A DNA stretch of 64,000 bases from Elsinoe ampelina (Eukaryota). Shown one piece after another: positions 50,933 to 63,994 of the stretch (within the stretch, counting starts at the first letter, position 1; every line of letters starts with the position of its first letter). The stretch spans positions 344,506-408,505 of the forward strand of contig ML992508.1 of NCBI GenBank assembly GCA_010093995.1. Reading direction: 5' to 3'. The notes under the pieces were generated by a model. That model ran no database searches and was not told the origin of the DNA. It was given only the letters and a program-made list of their open reading frames with translations. Both the position numbers and the translations under genes were made by a program.

Positions 50933-53357
50933 ATGACAGCACTACAGCGTCCAATGGAGATGGCGTTGCGGTCGACTACGCCATCATTGCTGGCTCGTAG
51001 TACAGCAGACTTTACAAGACCTGTCTCACAGGTGACTGACAACTTCTTCACCGAGTTCGGAGATGATGAGAGTGACGCCGAGCAGAACTCGCTTCGGTCA
51101 AGTAACCAATCTGTGAGCATCAGTGGTGTACAAGGGTGATATGTTTTCTAATTCCCACCAGATTGACGACGCTCGAAGACGCAGTGACACGACCATCTCA
51201 TCCTATGAGGTGCCAACGCCGCAGACCGAGCAGGACCAGTTCGAGATTCTCATCAAGCCTGTCCAAGGTCCGCAAGGTCCACATCTGTTTCGAGCCTCGA
51301 CATCATCAGCCGAATTCGTCTTCGACTATGCATTGCAAATGTCGCCAGTGGAGCTCAAGAATGAGCCTCCACCAAGGCCAGATACAGCAAAGTCGCATCG
51401 TCCAGCAACACGTATGTCCAGAAGGTCGTTGCCACCAATCTACGCCAACATTCCCGGCATGCCGGCAAACATTCACGACTGGTCTTCCGAAAGCGTCATT
51501 GACTGGATGTACAGTACTGGTGTAGACTTTGGCATCATCCAGAGCTTTAGAAACAACGACATCACTGGTACGGTCTTGGTCGACATGAAGTTTGAAGACC
51601 TCAAGGACCTTGGCATTCCATCATTCGGCAAGCGACACGAACTGTGGAGCAACATTGTTGCCCTCAAAGGTGGAGAAGCAGGCCCGAGTCCAGTGACTAC
51701 ACCCTTTCAAGACATAACAAGTCCCTCTACCGAGTTCAGATCGGACTCAACTTCGCCACTTAGCGCATGCTCAGCGACGGAAATGGAAGACCTCACGCCT
51801 ATCACAGAACAAGCACCGAGGAAGAGAAGAGGCAGGAAGCACCGGGCGAAGCAACAGTTCAACCAGCAAGACATCGATATGTCCGCCATGTCATTCATCG
51901 CCATTGAGGAGCACATTCCCAAGGAGCACAAGTGCAGCAAGGGCCAGGACTGTGAGCATTGGAGGAAGTGGAGCCGTCGCGTCGAACGGTCCAAGAAGTT
52001 CAATGACAGGTTCAAGAAGGGTTCATTCCCAAGCAGTCCTGGCGAAGGTGGCACAATCATCATTCACGGAGACCCTGGCAATGCAGCCACCGCACCAAAT
52101 CTGGCACCAAGAGTAAGAAAAGCCATGAGCAGTCGACCAACTTCTGAAGGGATCCCATCAGTAGTCGCCTCCTCGGACATCCTTGGACCAGATCAGCTAC
52201 CTGAGATCTACCTTCACCAGGACATGCTTCAGACTTTGGACGAACGAGATCCACTCGAGAACGTCAAGCACTTTCTCCATCTCCAACACATGTCAAGTCC
52301 AATGGAGGCACCCGAAGCTCCCGAGTACGACACCTTTGATGAGCCAAAGTACGAGATCTTCCCCACCACGTATCACCAGCCGCCGTACGTGCCACACCAG
52401 AACCCAGCTGCCCCAGTTCAGCTTCCACGTAACACACCCGCACCACTCGAGAACCTCAAGCACCTCCCGAAGCTCGCCATCCCCCGCGCTGCCACTGCCA
52501 GTCCCACCTACCTCCGACGAGCCAACACGATCCGCTCCCCCGTATCAGCCATCACCCCATCCCGCAGCCAAGCCGCCACCCCCATCGCCCTCCCCCGCGC
52601 CTCCACCCCAGCATCCGAAATGGACCTCCCCATCACAGCCCCCAACCTCGGCCCCATCGCACGCGACACCTCCCAATCCGTGCCCCCCAACATGCAATAC
52701 CGCGACCCCATCACCTCCCCCCTCCACCGCTCCAACTCCCGCCGTCCCTCCTTCGCCCTGCCCCCTCTCCGCGAGGAGCCCCTCGGCGCCTTCTCCCCCC
52801 TCAGCCCCACCAACGCCCTCTCGCGCCACCCCACCGTCCGCCGCGCCTCGGACGAAACCACCCTCCCTTCGGACCTCGCCCGCTCCAAAGCCCTCTACGG
52901 CGACGCCTGCACCCGCTCAGGCTGGATGAAAAAGCGACGCACCCGTCTCCTGCGCCACGAGTGGTCGGACGCGCACTTCCGCCTGACGGGCACGCAGCTG
53001 GCCGTGCACGGCGACGAGAAGCAGACTTCGCGGCCCAAGGACACGATCGATGTGGATCGGTACACGGTGAATGCTTCGTCCGGGGCGAGCAATGGGAAGT
53101 TGTCGGCGGCGTTGAAGGCGATGCGGATTAGGGAGGAGAAGGGGCCCGGGGATGGGACGGCGTTTGCGTTTCAGCTTGTGCCGGAAGGGAGTCCGGAGAG
53201 GAAGTTGCGGAAGGGCAAGGAGGGGGAGAAGGGCCACGGGAAGACGCATCATTTTGCTGTGGGGGATAGGGAGGATAGGGTCGAGTGGATGAGGGAGTTG
53301 ATGTTGGCCAAGGCGAAGGGGAAGAGTATGAAGGGGTGGGAGGTGAAGGCTGGGTAG
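50933..53357 (+). CDS. SAM- and PH-domain protein (Boi/Pob1-related), 2 exons
   Basis: SAM domain WSSESVIDWM..FRNNDITGTVLVDMKFEDLKDLGIPSFGKRHELW; PH domain SGWMKKRRTRLLRHEWSDAHFRLTG...HHFAV..REDRVEWMRELMLAK. Intron at ~51113-51161. Confidence 0.85.
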
Positions 53358-53517
53358 ATGAGTGAGGGGATTTGCGAAGCAACGAGGGATTGGATGGGAA
53401 CGGGAGTGCGCAGGTCGCGCTTGGGTTTTCGGTTTGGTTATGGTTGAGCGGATACCCTGTTTTCTCGGTGCATCTCTAGGTCTATAGCTGTTCATGAATG
53501 TGGATGACAGATATCAA

Positions 53518-54198
53518 TTACTGTTCCCTGGGCTGGACACCCTGCTTGATGAACTTTTCGTGGACTTCCTTGTAGACTTCTTCGGGTGACTTGGTGGCGC
53601 CGACCTTGACTACCCTGCCGTCCTTCTCAAACATGTCCACGACGGGCATGCTTGTCTCGACAAAGGTCTTGAATCGCTTCCTGATGCTCTCAATGTTGTC
53701 GTCGTCCCTGCCGCTTGTCTTGCCTCGCTCCAAGAGTCTCTTCTCCATCTCCTCCTCAGGGCAGTCGAAGAACAAAGTGAACTTGCTCTTCACCACTGCC
53801 TCTTCGAACTTGGTCGCCTGATCGAGCTTCCTTGGGAACCCATCGATGAGGAACATCCTGTTGCCGTCCTTGTCCATCTTCTCCTTCATTGCGTTCTCAA
53901 GCAGTTGAATCGTCACTTCCATCGGCACGATTGTTCCCTCCTTAATATATGTCCTGATCATGTCGCCGAATTGCGAGCCAGGACGGTCTTGCTCTGCTCG
54001 TAGCAGATCACCAGCAGAGAGATGAGCGAAGCCATAGTCTCGGACAAGGTTGGCGCACTGCGTGCCCTTTCCTGCACCGGGTCCACCAAGAACGAAGATG
54101 ACGAGAGCTTGATCAGGACCTGTACCTGGAGTGAAGAGGGGCGCCGTGCGAGTTGCAGCAGGAAAGTCGTACTTGATGGGCTTATCGGTGGGCGCCAT
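53518..54198 (-). CDS. URA6: UMP-CMP (uridylate) kinase
   Basis: FVLGGPGAGKGTQC, HLSAGDLLRAEQ, GTIVPMEVT, FLIDGFPR and RGKTSGRDDDNIESIRKRF. Confidence 0.95.
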   Translation of the reverse strand: MAPTDKPIKYDFPAATRTAPLFTPGTGPDQALVIFVLGGPGAGKGTQCANLVRDYGFAHLSAGDLLRAEQDRPGSQFGDMIRTYIKEGTIVPMEVTIQLLENAMKEKMDKDGNRMFLIDGFPRKLDQATKFEEAVVKSKFTLFFDCPEEEMEKRLLERGKTSGRDDDNIESIRKRFKTFVETSMPVVDMFEKDGRVVKVGATKSPEEVYKEVHEKFIKQGVQPREQ

Positions 54199-54207
54199 TG
54201 TGGTAGA

Positions 54208-54528
54208 TCAGCCCTCTCTGTATTTGCGCTTGTCTACGTCGCTAACGTCGAGGAGAGGAGGAGGCTTGGGTCCACGGCCACTGCCTTGACCTTCACGAGA
54301 TTTGGCGAGGCGATAGAAGAGGAAGGAACCGGTGAAGAAGATAATGACCAGGGGAAGGAGGGGCAGCTGGTCGGAATTGGACTTGCGGCGTGGAGGTGGA
54401 GGAGGTGTAACTGTGTTGCTCGTCGGCTGCTTAGTGTCGTCGAGTAAGCGGCGGGAGATGGAGAAGTAACGAGTGTTGCGTCGAAGGGTAGGAGCGATGA
54501 ATCGTGTTGCTAATCTTTGGGCGAGCAT
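54208..54528 (-). CDS. Small ORF with mitochondrial presequence and a single TM helix, in frame with URA6
   Basis: MLAQRLATRFIAPTLRRNTRYFSISRRLL (Arg-rich, no acidic residues, R-x-F-S site) and TM LPLLPLVIIFFTGSFLFYRL. Its TGA lies 9 nt before the URA6 ATG. Confidence 0.7.
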   Translation of the reverse strand: MLAQRLATRFIAPTLRRNTRYFSISRRLLDDTKQPTSNTVTPPPPPRRKSNSDQLPLLPLVIIFFTGSFLFYRLAKSREGQGSGRGPKPPPLLDVSDVDKRKYREG

Positions 54529-54983
54529 TGTGAACGGTGAGCAACTTGTTTGGGAGCCCGAGATGCAGCTCTTGCCCAAAAAAGCTCAAGGGCGGAAGCT
54601 CCCGAGCAGAGTGGGCCAGACGTCATGGACATTTGATTCTCGAACGGATTTTCTTCCATGAACAAGTCAAATTATACATTTCCGACCACGTGGAGTCTCA
54701 GTCTACTACAGCGTCATTTGATCAAAATGCCATGAGAATGAGAATTCCAACGGAGGTGTTGGTGGTGGTCGACAAGAGTCTGTCAAGCGGAATGCTCTAT
54801 CTGAAGCAACATCCAAGCGAGCCAATGTCAGACTGCCAATTCCGGTGTCACAACGGATCAGGCAACCGGTCATGGTGTACTGTAGGTAAGATGGCCTGAC
54901 CGTCAATATAAAGAGAATCATCGTCCTCGAAGCAATAGGTGTTTCCTTATCTTCTACGTATCCACCGCCAAATAGTATTAGAG

Positions 54984-56745
54984 ATGCTACTGACCAGAAG
55001 TCTGTTGCTGGTTGGAGCGATCCCATCACTGATCAATGGGCAAAGCAATCAGCAGATTGTTTTGCAGGATATCCACCATGATACACCCGAGACGAGCGAC
55101 TTCGACATTGTTCAAGCATTGAAAGATAGATCTATTGACGTCTCAACTGTTCCTGTCCTGGCGAAGCTGACAGAAGAGACGAAGAGCTCCAAAGAGACTG
55201 CCTGTGCTGCGGCTGTAGGTCAACAATGCACAGCTCCGACCAGAAGACTGACATGGTATAGTGCTCAGCCCTAGATTTCATGTATGCTAAAAATGAGATC
55301 ATCACTGCATCATCGCCTGATATCGAAACTTTTGTCAAAAGATTCTGGTCAAATAATCAGGCAGAGACGCTTCCAGCATGTGTCTTCAAACCAGTTGATG
55401 CTGAAGCAGTATCTGTGGTGGTCTTGCTGTCCAGACTCACGCAATGCCCTTTTGCAGTCAAAAGTGGAGGTCATGCTTCTTTCCCAGGTGCCTCCAACAT
55501 TCAAGGAGGCATCACGGTCTCGTTCGAAAGGATGAAGTCATTCCAAGTATCCGAAGACAAATCGACTGTCACAATCGAGCCCGGCTGGAAATGGGGACCG
55601 CTGTACCGCGAGCTGGGTAGTCATGACTTGACCGTCGTGGGTGGTAGAGTAGCGTCTGTCGGTGTAGGAGGCTTGATTACGGGTGGTAAGCAATCCCCAA
55701 CCCACCACCAACAACCATACTAATCACAACAGGCGGCATCTCTTTCTTTTCCAACCTCCATGGCTGGGCATGCGACAATATCGCTTCTCTCACCCTCGTC
55801 ACCTCCACCGGCGCCATCATCACCGTCTCAGCCACCTCCAATCCCACCCTCTTCTCCGCGCTCCGCGGCGCCGGCCCCAACCTCGGCATCGTCACCTCCT
55901 TCACTCTCCGCACCATCCCTCTCCCTGCGGGCCAAATCTGGGGCGGCACCCGCACTTACCTCCCCGACACGTACCCCTCCCTCATCCACGCCTTCACCAC
56001 CCTCTCTTCCTCCTCCACCCTCGACCCCAACGCCGGCGCCTGGATCTCCTTCGTCCGGTACAACGGCACCGACATCGCCCTCGCGGAGCTCTACTACGCC
56101 CGACCCGACGGCCACAACGCCACCATCTGGCAGAACTTTGACGCCGTGCCCTCGATCGCCTCCACGACAGAAAACAGACACATCGCCGACTACGCCGCCA
56201 AAGTCGAAGCCGACGCCCCACCCGGCCACCGACAGTACTTCTACGTCATGACGGTCAAGAACTCGCACGAGATGAACACGGCAGCCATGCAGCTCTACTA
56301 CGACGCCATCGCCCAAGTAGAGCAATACGAAGGCGGCTTCGGGGCTTTCGTCCTGCAGAGCATCTCCACCGAACAACTGCGCCACATGAAGCGGGACGGG
56401 GGCAACACGCTCGGCCTCGACGCCGAGGACGAAGCGCTCACGCTCATCCTGCTCAACCCTCGATGGAGCAACAAGGAGGACGACGAGGGCATGTACCGCT
56501 TCGGCAGCGATTTGTTCAAGCGCATCAAGGAGGCGGCCGTGGAGAGGGGGTGTGAGAAGGGCTATCTGTATATGAATTACGCGAGCGAGTTTCAGGATGT
56601 GGTGGCGAGTTATGGGAGCGCGGGGGAGAGGTTGAGGGAGGTGGCGAGGGAGTGGGATCCGCGGGGGGTGTGGCAGAGGTTGATGCCGGGGTATTTCAAG
56701 CTGGATGGGGCGCCGACGCGGGGGACGGGGATGTTCAGCTTTTAA
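54984..56745 (+). CDS. Secreted FAD-linked oxidoreductase (BBE-like/VAO family), 3 exons
   Basis: Signal peptide, FWSNNQAETLPACVFKP, FAVKSGGHASFPGASNIQGG (covalent-FAD His), VGGRVASVGVGGLITG|GGISFFS..HGWACDNI, LRGAGPNLGIVT and YMNYA..QDV..YG..L..VAREWDP.GVWQ. Confidence 0.9.
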
Positions 56746-56796
56746 GGCACGGGGGCAGGAGGAGAAGGGGTGATGGTGTTGCATTGGGGGGGGGTC

Positions 56797-58867
56797 CTAT
56801 GAGAGATTTATTCCCGGAGAGGAGTTGTTCAGTCGTCCTTCTTTGGACATTTGGAGAATCGACTCGGCAAAGGGCATGACGTCGTCTAGTCCTCTTGCTC
56901 GCACGCCCTCGACCATGACGTGGGCGAATTGTTCGAGGAGCTTGCTGTCGAGCTCGCTCGTCTCTCCGTCTGCGTCGAGGAGTATGAGGTTGTAGAGATG
57001 GAAGAAGGCGAGCATGGGATAGAATGAGATGAGTCTGGAGCGGTCAGCTGGTAGCAGCCCAAGTAGTTGGACGTTACTTACGACACGGATCCGCTGTACA
57101 TCAACGACTGATTGTTACTGGCGGCATCCATTTCGGTGATTTGCAGAATCGTGTTGAGTACAGCTCGCGATGATTCGATGGCAAGCCTTGAAGGTCCAAC
57201 GTGGCTGAGCTCGCCCAGCTTGCGCTCCCAGAAGACTACCAGGCAGTGCCCGAAAATGTAGGAATCGGCGTATACCCAGCGTTCGATCGGGGACGCCACA
57301 AGGGTTATTGATTCGCTCTATCGGTCTATCAGTATGTTGTATCGACGAAATTGCCAAGGCGCGGTGAACATACAATTTTCCAGTCTGCGAGGACTTCTTG
57401 TACCTCCTTGACGCACCGTTGCAGTCCTTCCCGGATCTGTCCCATCGTAGAATCTTGATCGTCGAGGAGCTCAAAGGATCGAAGCACAATCAGACTGAAT
57501 CGGGATGTGACGATGAAGGAGGTGGCGGCAGAGGCCTCTTCACTCTTCTCAAGAGCCGATAGCGAAGTGGCCGGCAGGTCAACCTTCCATGGTTGAGCGG
57601 TCAGAACAGCTGGTCTGGAGAAGAACACACGGAAGACGCATTCTGTGAATATCAACCCCCAGACCATGACTCGTTTGGCATCGGCGAGGTCTTGACTGTC
57701 GGTCTTCGAATCTGGAGTGGTCTCGTACTGGTTGAGACCCAGTTTGATGGCAAGTTGACAAGCTTGGATGTGTGCTTTCCAGGCCGTCCGGCGATCAAAG
57801 TTCTCGGTTGCGATCCATGACTAGAACCTCTGTCAGTTCAGAATCCGGTAGACAGGCCTCCTCGCGCAGGATACTGCGACGTACCAGAAGTGCTGCTGCT
57901 GTGAGGTCAACAGCAGAGACGTTTTCCTTCTTGGACCAGTCCCGCGTCAGCTTGAGACAGTACTTGTAGATCTTGGTACCCCAAGAGGGATATTGGATTG
58001 ATGCACCGTCTTCCATTGTCCAGCCTTGAAAGAGGAGGAACCAATAGATGATCTCCATCGATGGATCAAAGGAGACTTGAGGGCTATGGATGATCTTTGG
58101 CATGAGCTTGAGGACATCTTTGTCAATCAGGCCCAGAAATGCCTCGAAGAATGTCACCTCGAGCGCCTCTGGATCATGGTCAGTCACTGACACACAACGA
58201 ACCGTAGTAGTAAGCTGCGGGCCATACTAACTTCGTAGCCAAGTTTCCGCGACTTTCTGAGTGAGAGCAGGGCGCTCGGAGGCTTCGATCACGGCTGGAG
58301 GACTAAAAGGACTCGCTATTGACTCGGGCGTCAGTCCCAAGCTGGGAAAAGAGAAACCAGCTGTCAGGTCAGGCAAGTCATCGAGATCAGGAAGGAACCC
58401 GCTATCTTGTGGCGTTGTTTCACTACCCGTCGATTGGATCTGGACTGGTTGTGGAGTCTCGTTTGCGAGATTTGGCGAAGCCGTCTGCGATTGGATTGCT
58501 GCGAGACTTTCAGACGAGATGTGGCTTTCGAGCTTCTCCAGTCGTTCGAGAAGCTTGTCGAGAGGCTTCTCTGCTGGATCGTCAGCTCGGCAATAGATGG
58601 CACAGGGGCTGTTGCATACTTGTCCTTGGCTTTCGCTTCTTCCTTGCAGAATATGTGCACTCCGAGTCGGTCACACGGCATCTAGCACACTTTGGCTTGT
58701 CTTTTGTGCATCGGATCTGATGATGGGGTTGGCAAGGCGTTATGCTAACACGTTGGCATAACTCGTGCGTACCTTACTTCTCCTGCAAACGTCGCACTAT
58801 ATCCGCGTGTTAGGTACGCGACCATGTCACAAGAGCTCGAGCGACTCACCGATAGATGCTCTGTCAT
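56797..58867 (-). CDS. Zn(II)2Cys6 fungal transcription factor, multi-exon
   Basis: Spliced N-terminus MTEHLS|CDVCRRSK|IRCTKDKPKCARCRVTDSECTYSARKKRKPR, followed by the coiled coil LLERLEKLE. Downstream exons include FWGL-like WGLIFTECVFRVFFSRPAVL and YPMLAFFHLYNLIL. Internal exon limits are approximate. Confidence 0.8.
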
Positions 58868-59764
58868 GGCGACACTCGGATGGCACGATCCGAATGTCCG
58901 AGAGATGGTGTGTTGTGATTACAGAAGCGGCAGCTCGGACATATAACATCAACAGAGAGCCGTAGGCATGCCTTATTGCTGCCTATCTTAGAATGGGACA
59001 TGCTGACTTACCGCAGTCGATGCAGGTCTGTCATCGTATGAGCATGATCGGTGGTTGTGGCTAGACGTTGCGTTATCGGCATTTTTAGTGCAAGCTGAGC
59101 CGATAGAGAATTGAAACAGATTGCCCCAATTTTGCGCTCGGAAATTCCAGGTTGTAGCTCGAATAATTCTTGACACAAAACTTTCTTTCTCCGCAAATAT
59201 CTTATTCTCCGAACCTCCGGCGGGTCGTCACTGGCTCAGGATGCGAGATCGCAAGCATTTACCGCTGCGGCGTATGTCAAGTACTTAATTGCATGCTTTC
59301 GAAAGGGACAATGAGAGGTTCTGAGCTAGTCATGCCACCGTGTACACACCTCGCTATATTGTGATTGTTGATATGGACTTGATCGTAGTCGGCGTCCCTA
59401 TAGCTTGTGAGCTGTCAATTCGACATGTGAACAGTGATTGCTCTATCCGGTGGAAAGCTCCTGCAACGATCTTGGTCATGGTCAATCCACGACAATGATA
59501 TGAATGAAGCATTCCCGTCGCTCAAGCATTATCGACCGAATCTCAAGCTAAGCCCAAAACGGCCTAGATCAGATCTGTGATTGACCCCACGTCATTGGTC
59601 GCTCACGACGATTCTCGAATTCATCCCACCGTCGAAACATCCAGACAATATACATCTGCTTATGTGAGCCATTGACGCGCACGAGGGCACGAGAATGGAC
59701 CATACACCTTGAATTACCTCTCGACTCTTTCATCCACCCACAAGTCATCCATACGACCCTCGAC

Positions 59765-62188
59765 ATGGATGTGAGTGCGGGGTCAGCACCCCCACCAAGT
59801 GATCCCACATCGCCAAATAGTAGAGGTTCTCGCGGTCGAGGTCGAGGAAGAGGTGGCCCGAGAGGCGAGCGAGGTCGAAGTGATCGAGGTCCGAGAAGAG
59901 GCGGCCGAGGCAGAGGAGGACCACCAGGCGTAGAACACTCCAGACCTGCTGAGCCAGCAAACGGAGCTGTACCAACATCGGTCGCAAAAGGTTCTGCTTT
60001 TGGTCTCGACGGCAGCAACGATACGAACGGAGAAGGAGAGGTAGAGGCCGAGGTCTGCTTCATCTGTGCTTCTCCAGTCGTCCACAATAGTGTAGCACCA
60101 TGCAACCACAGGACATGCCACATCTGCGCTTTACGTTTAAGAGCTTTGTACAAGACAAAGGCTTGTGCGCATTGTAGAGTGAGTGGAGGATCACGCATGC
60201 CCAGTTTCATTTGCTGACGGATTCTACAGACGGAGGCCCAGGTCGTCATCTTCACGGACGACGCAGAAAAGCGATACGAAGACTTCCACGATGGCGATTT
60301 CACCACCAAAGACTCGAACCTTGGTATCAGCTACGAGAAGCAGGAGATCTTCGAGGATACTGTGCTTTTATTACGGTACAACTGTCCAGATGGGAGTTGC
60401 GATGTGGCATGTCTAGGCTGGCCCGATCTTCATCGACATGTCAAGAGTGTGCACCACAAGGTCATGTGCGATTTGTGTACGAGGAACAAGAAAGTCTTTA
60501 CCCACGAGCACGAGCTCTTCACTCCGCAGGACCTTAGGAAGCATGAGAGATTCGGCGACGACAATCCCGGTGCGGAGGACCAGACTGGCTTCAAAGGACA
60601 TCCTGAGTGTGGGTTCTGCAAGCAACGCTTCTACGGCGATGATGAGCTTTATGCGCATTGCAGAGACAAGCACGAGCGATGTCACGTATGCGATCGCAGA
60701 GATGGTGGACGAAATCCTCAGTATTACGTGGACTACAACGCCCTCGAGATCCATTTCAGGAAAGACCATTTCTTGTGCCCTGATCAGGAGTGTCTGGAGA
60801 AGAAATTCGTCGTCTTCGAGTCGGAGATGGATCTGAAAGCGCATCAATTGGAGTCACATCCGAACGGGTTGACAAAGGGAAGGGATGCAAGGAGAGTCGA
60901 CATGTCTAGCTTTGACTATCGGCAACCTCACCAACAAGATCGTCCACGAAGGGAAGGACGTGGTCGAGGCAGGGGTAGGGATCCCAATGCAGAGCCAATT
61001 CCTGCATCCTCAGCTCAGCCAATGCGGAGAGATGAAGTCGCGTATCAACGGCAGATGGCAATCCATTCTGCACAATCGGTCACTGGACGGACATTCGGGG
61101 GTCAACTCAGTCAAGCCGAAGCACCTGTCGCAGCTCGAGCACCAGCAAACACGCGAGAGCCCGACACTGTCACTGTCACCAGGCCTGCTCACCCTGGGCT
61201 TGCCCAAAATCTTGATGCGCTTACGCTGGACGACACACCCACGGCCAACCTCACACCACAAGAACAAGCACGTAGGCTACGACATGCGTCTGTCACTGAA
61301 CGCGCTTCCCTCCTTCTCAAGAACGACCAACAGAAGCTCTCCGAATTCCGCACGAAGGTCTCTGCCTACAGAGCTGGAACTCTCAACGCTTCAAGCTTGA
61401 TCGACTCCTTCTTCGCCCTGTTCGACGTCTCATCCTCCGATCTCGGCAAGCTCATCAAAGAACTTTCCGACATCTTCGAACAACCTTCCAAATGCGATAA
61501 CCTCCTCAAAGCCTGGTCAGACTGGAAAGCCATCAACGAAGACTACCCCACCCTCGCCCCACCATCCTCCACCACCGCCTCCTCCTCCTCCACCAAACCC
61601 AACACATGGGCCGCCTCCGTCGGCTCCCAAGCCCACACCAACCCTCTCGCCGGTCTGAACGTCGCTTCCGGCTCGCGCGTCCTCAAACTGAAATCCTCCA
61701 CCGCGCAATCCAACCGCTCCGCCACCTCCCGCGCCGCGGCGAGCGCAGGTAATCCCTTCCCACCTCTCGCCTCCACCATCTCCACAACGCTCAACACGCG
61801 CGCCCGCCCCTCCATCCCAGCCTGGCTCAACGCCGCTTCCACCCCCTCCTCCACCCCGGCCGTCAGCACGAAAATCACCTCCGCGAGCAGCAGCGCGCGC
61901 GCCAGTCCCGCGCCTCAAGTGAACCAGCGCCCCCCGCTGAGCGGGAGGGATATGTTCCCCGCCTTGCCGAAGGCGCAGAAGCCGACGAGTACGGTGTTTA
62001 GTCCTGGGTATACGGGGATGGGGGTAAGGAGGGTGAACAGTCCCGCGGTAGGGGGAGGGGTGAACGCGTGGGGCAAGGCGAATGGGGAGGGACGAGGAGG
62101 TGGTGAGGAGGTGGGGGAGGTGCACGAGCAGGAGGCGAAGGGGAGGGGGAAGAAGGGGAAGAAGCAGGTTTTGTATAATTGGGGGTAG
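59765..62188 (+). CDS. HEL2: RING E3 ubiquitin ligase of ribosome quality control (Hel2/ZNF598)
   Basis: CFICASPV..APCNHRTCHICALRLRALYKTKACAHCR, C2H2 fingers, GFKGHPECGFCKQRFYGDDELYAHCRDKHERC and C-terminal FPALP...KKGKKQVL. One intron at ~60179-60229. Confidence 0.93.
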
Positions 62189-62476
62189 ATGGGAGGGAGG
62201 AAAAGGACGGGAAAGAGGGGAGAGGGATGCATAGCGAGGGGAAGGCTTGAGATGGATTGGGGTCAGGGAAGGGGAAATGTAGATGATGTGAACATGGCTC
62301 ATGGCGTGGTAGGCATGATGATAGAAGCACAGTCATGAAAACGTCAGTTTCGATTCGTCTAGCTTTTCCTTCTCCAATGGCACCATACCTCTAGCGTATA
62401 GCAGCCATGCCAAATTTCCATACGTGACCCGACCCACTCCCTATCCGTTCCTCTCTTTCTCTCTCGGCAAAAAGAC

Positions 62477-63876
62477 CTACTCAACCTCCACGGCCTCCCC
62501 CCTCTCCTCCCTCCTCTCACCCCCACCCCTTCCACCCCTATACCCACCCCGTCCCCCCCGTCCCCCCCTCTCAAACCCCCTCCCCTCTCCCTCACCCCTC
62601 GCCTCCCTCTCCTTATCCGCGACAAACTCCCTCTTCTGCTCCCCCAACACCCTCAACACCCCCTCCAGACTCCTCTTCCACATGTCCAACCTCGCCGCCA
62701 CCTCCCGCCACTGATGCTCCCCGAACACCCTGTACGTCGCGCGATGGATGAGAAACGTCTGGCCGCTCTGGCTGAGTTTGCCCTCCACCAGCCCGGCGCG
62801 GATGACGTCGATGACCCACCTCTCCACCTCGGAAACCTCGATGCGGAGGGCCTTGGCGATGGTGGCGTACGGCAAGGTGCGGGACTGGGAGGCGCCGGCC
62901 GCGAGGGAAGAGAGAGTGAGGAGGCGCATTTTGGTTTCCAGCGTCTCGCGACCGAGGCCGGATTTGTTGAGGAAGTCGGTGTGGGAGGAGGCGAAGTCGA
63001 GGAAGTCGTCCAGGACTTCGGTCGAGAAGATCTCGAGGAGGTCGAACCAGTCCGACTCCGATTTGCGGAGGGCTTGGATCGAGTCCAGCGAGGTGAGGTC
63101 GGAGAAGTCGAAGGTGGAGGGGGCGTTGAGGGCCGAGGTCAGGGCTTTGATGGAGAGTTTCGAGGCTTCGGGAGTGGAGGCTTCGTCGCTGTCTTGGATG
63201 GTGCGGAGGGCGCGGAGGAGGTAGGCGTAGGATTGTGCATCGTCGCCGCTGTCAGAGGCGACGTCGGAGATGGCGAGGTAGAGTTTGCGGGCGTCTTCTT
63301 TATCGATGTCCCAGTTTTGGAGCCAGAGGTCGAGGGTTTTGAGCTGGGGACGGAGCAGTTCGAAAGATTGGGTGGATTTGCGAATTAGAGTGAGGATGGC
63401 GAGGAGGATGTGGTAGCGGGCTTCGCTTGAGGAAGGAAGGGTGTTGAAAATTGTGGTGAGCACGTTGAGCTGCAGCCCGACAGAGTTGTGCGGTGACGAT
63501 GTCACTGGATTTGACAAATTTGTGCAGATTTTGGGGAGGAACATCTCCGGCTTTGGCGCCTGTCGGACGAGGTGTACGAGCTGGTTGTATGCAGCGAGGA
63601 ATTCTGTCTCGTATCAGCCTCAATGTCCATCATACCTCCCTTCATTCAAACGCCAAACTCACCTCTTTCTGGCGCAGTGCTCAATATTGGGCTGGCCGTC
63701 ACCAGCTTCTTCAATACATCCTCCTTCTTCCCCTCCTGCAATTGTGGTTGAATTTCTGATTGTACCGAAGTCGACTGTCCTTGCGCGCTCGACAGGCCGT
63801 CCAGATACGTCGCGAGCTCATCTGCGAGCTCCTCGAAGGAGCCTTCGACAATGAGCGTGTTCGTAGGGGCGGGCAT
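62477..63876 (-). CDS. eIF3m: Translation initiation factor eIF3 subunit M (PCI domain)
   Basis: MPAPTNTLIVEGSFEELADELATYLD, intron at ~63604-63663, KMRLLTLSSLA and VERWVIDVIRAGLVEGKLSQSGQTFLIHRATYRVFGEHQWREV. Confidence 0.93.
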
Positions 63877-63976
63877 GGTGAATGTGTGGATTGGCGACCG
63901 CCGTGTGTCGTGTGCGATTCCTCGTCGTCCGCACACAAAAACTCAGAGTGAGGTCGCGCGGAATCTTGGCATTTTT

Positions 63977-63994
63977 CTTATCGATAAGCACGTG
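63977..63994. promoter_or_regulatory. Perfect palindrome CTTATCGATAAG abutting an E-box CACGTG in the eIF3m promoter
   Basis: 12-bp palindrome at 63977-63988 and CACGTG at 63989-63994, ~100 bp upstream of the ATG. Confidence 0.5.

Noticed and set aside
54984..58867. Secondary-metabolite gene cluster (FAD oxidase + Zn2Cys6 factor)
   Set aside because: No backbone PKS/NRPS/terpene gene in the window, and the flanks are housekeeping genes (URA6, HEL2).
62714..63388. 224-aa plus-strand ORF (and similar antisense ORFs at 33395-34333, 45474-46172, 55828-56784)
   Set aside because: Antisense or alternative frames of GC-rich real genes.
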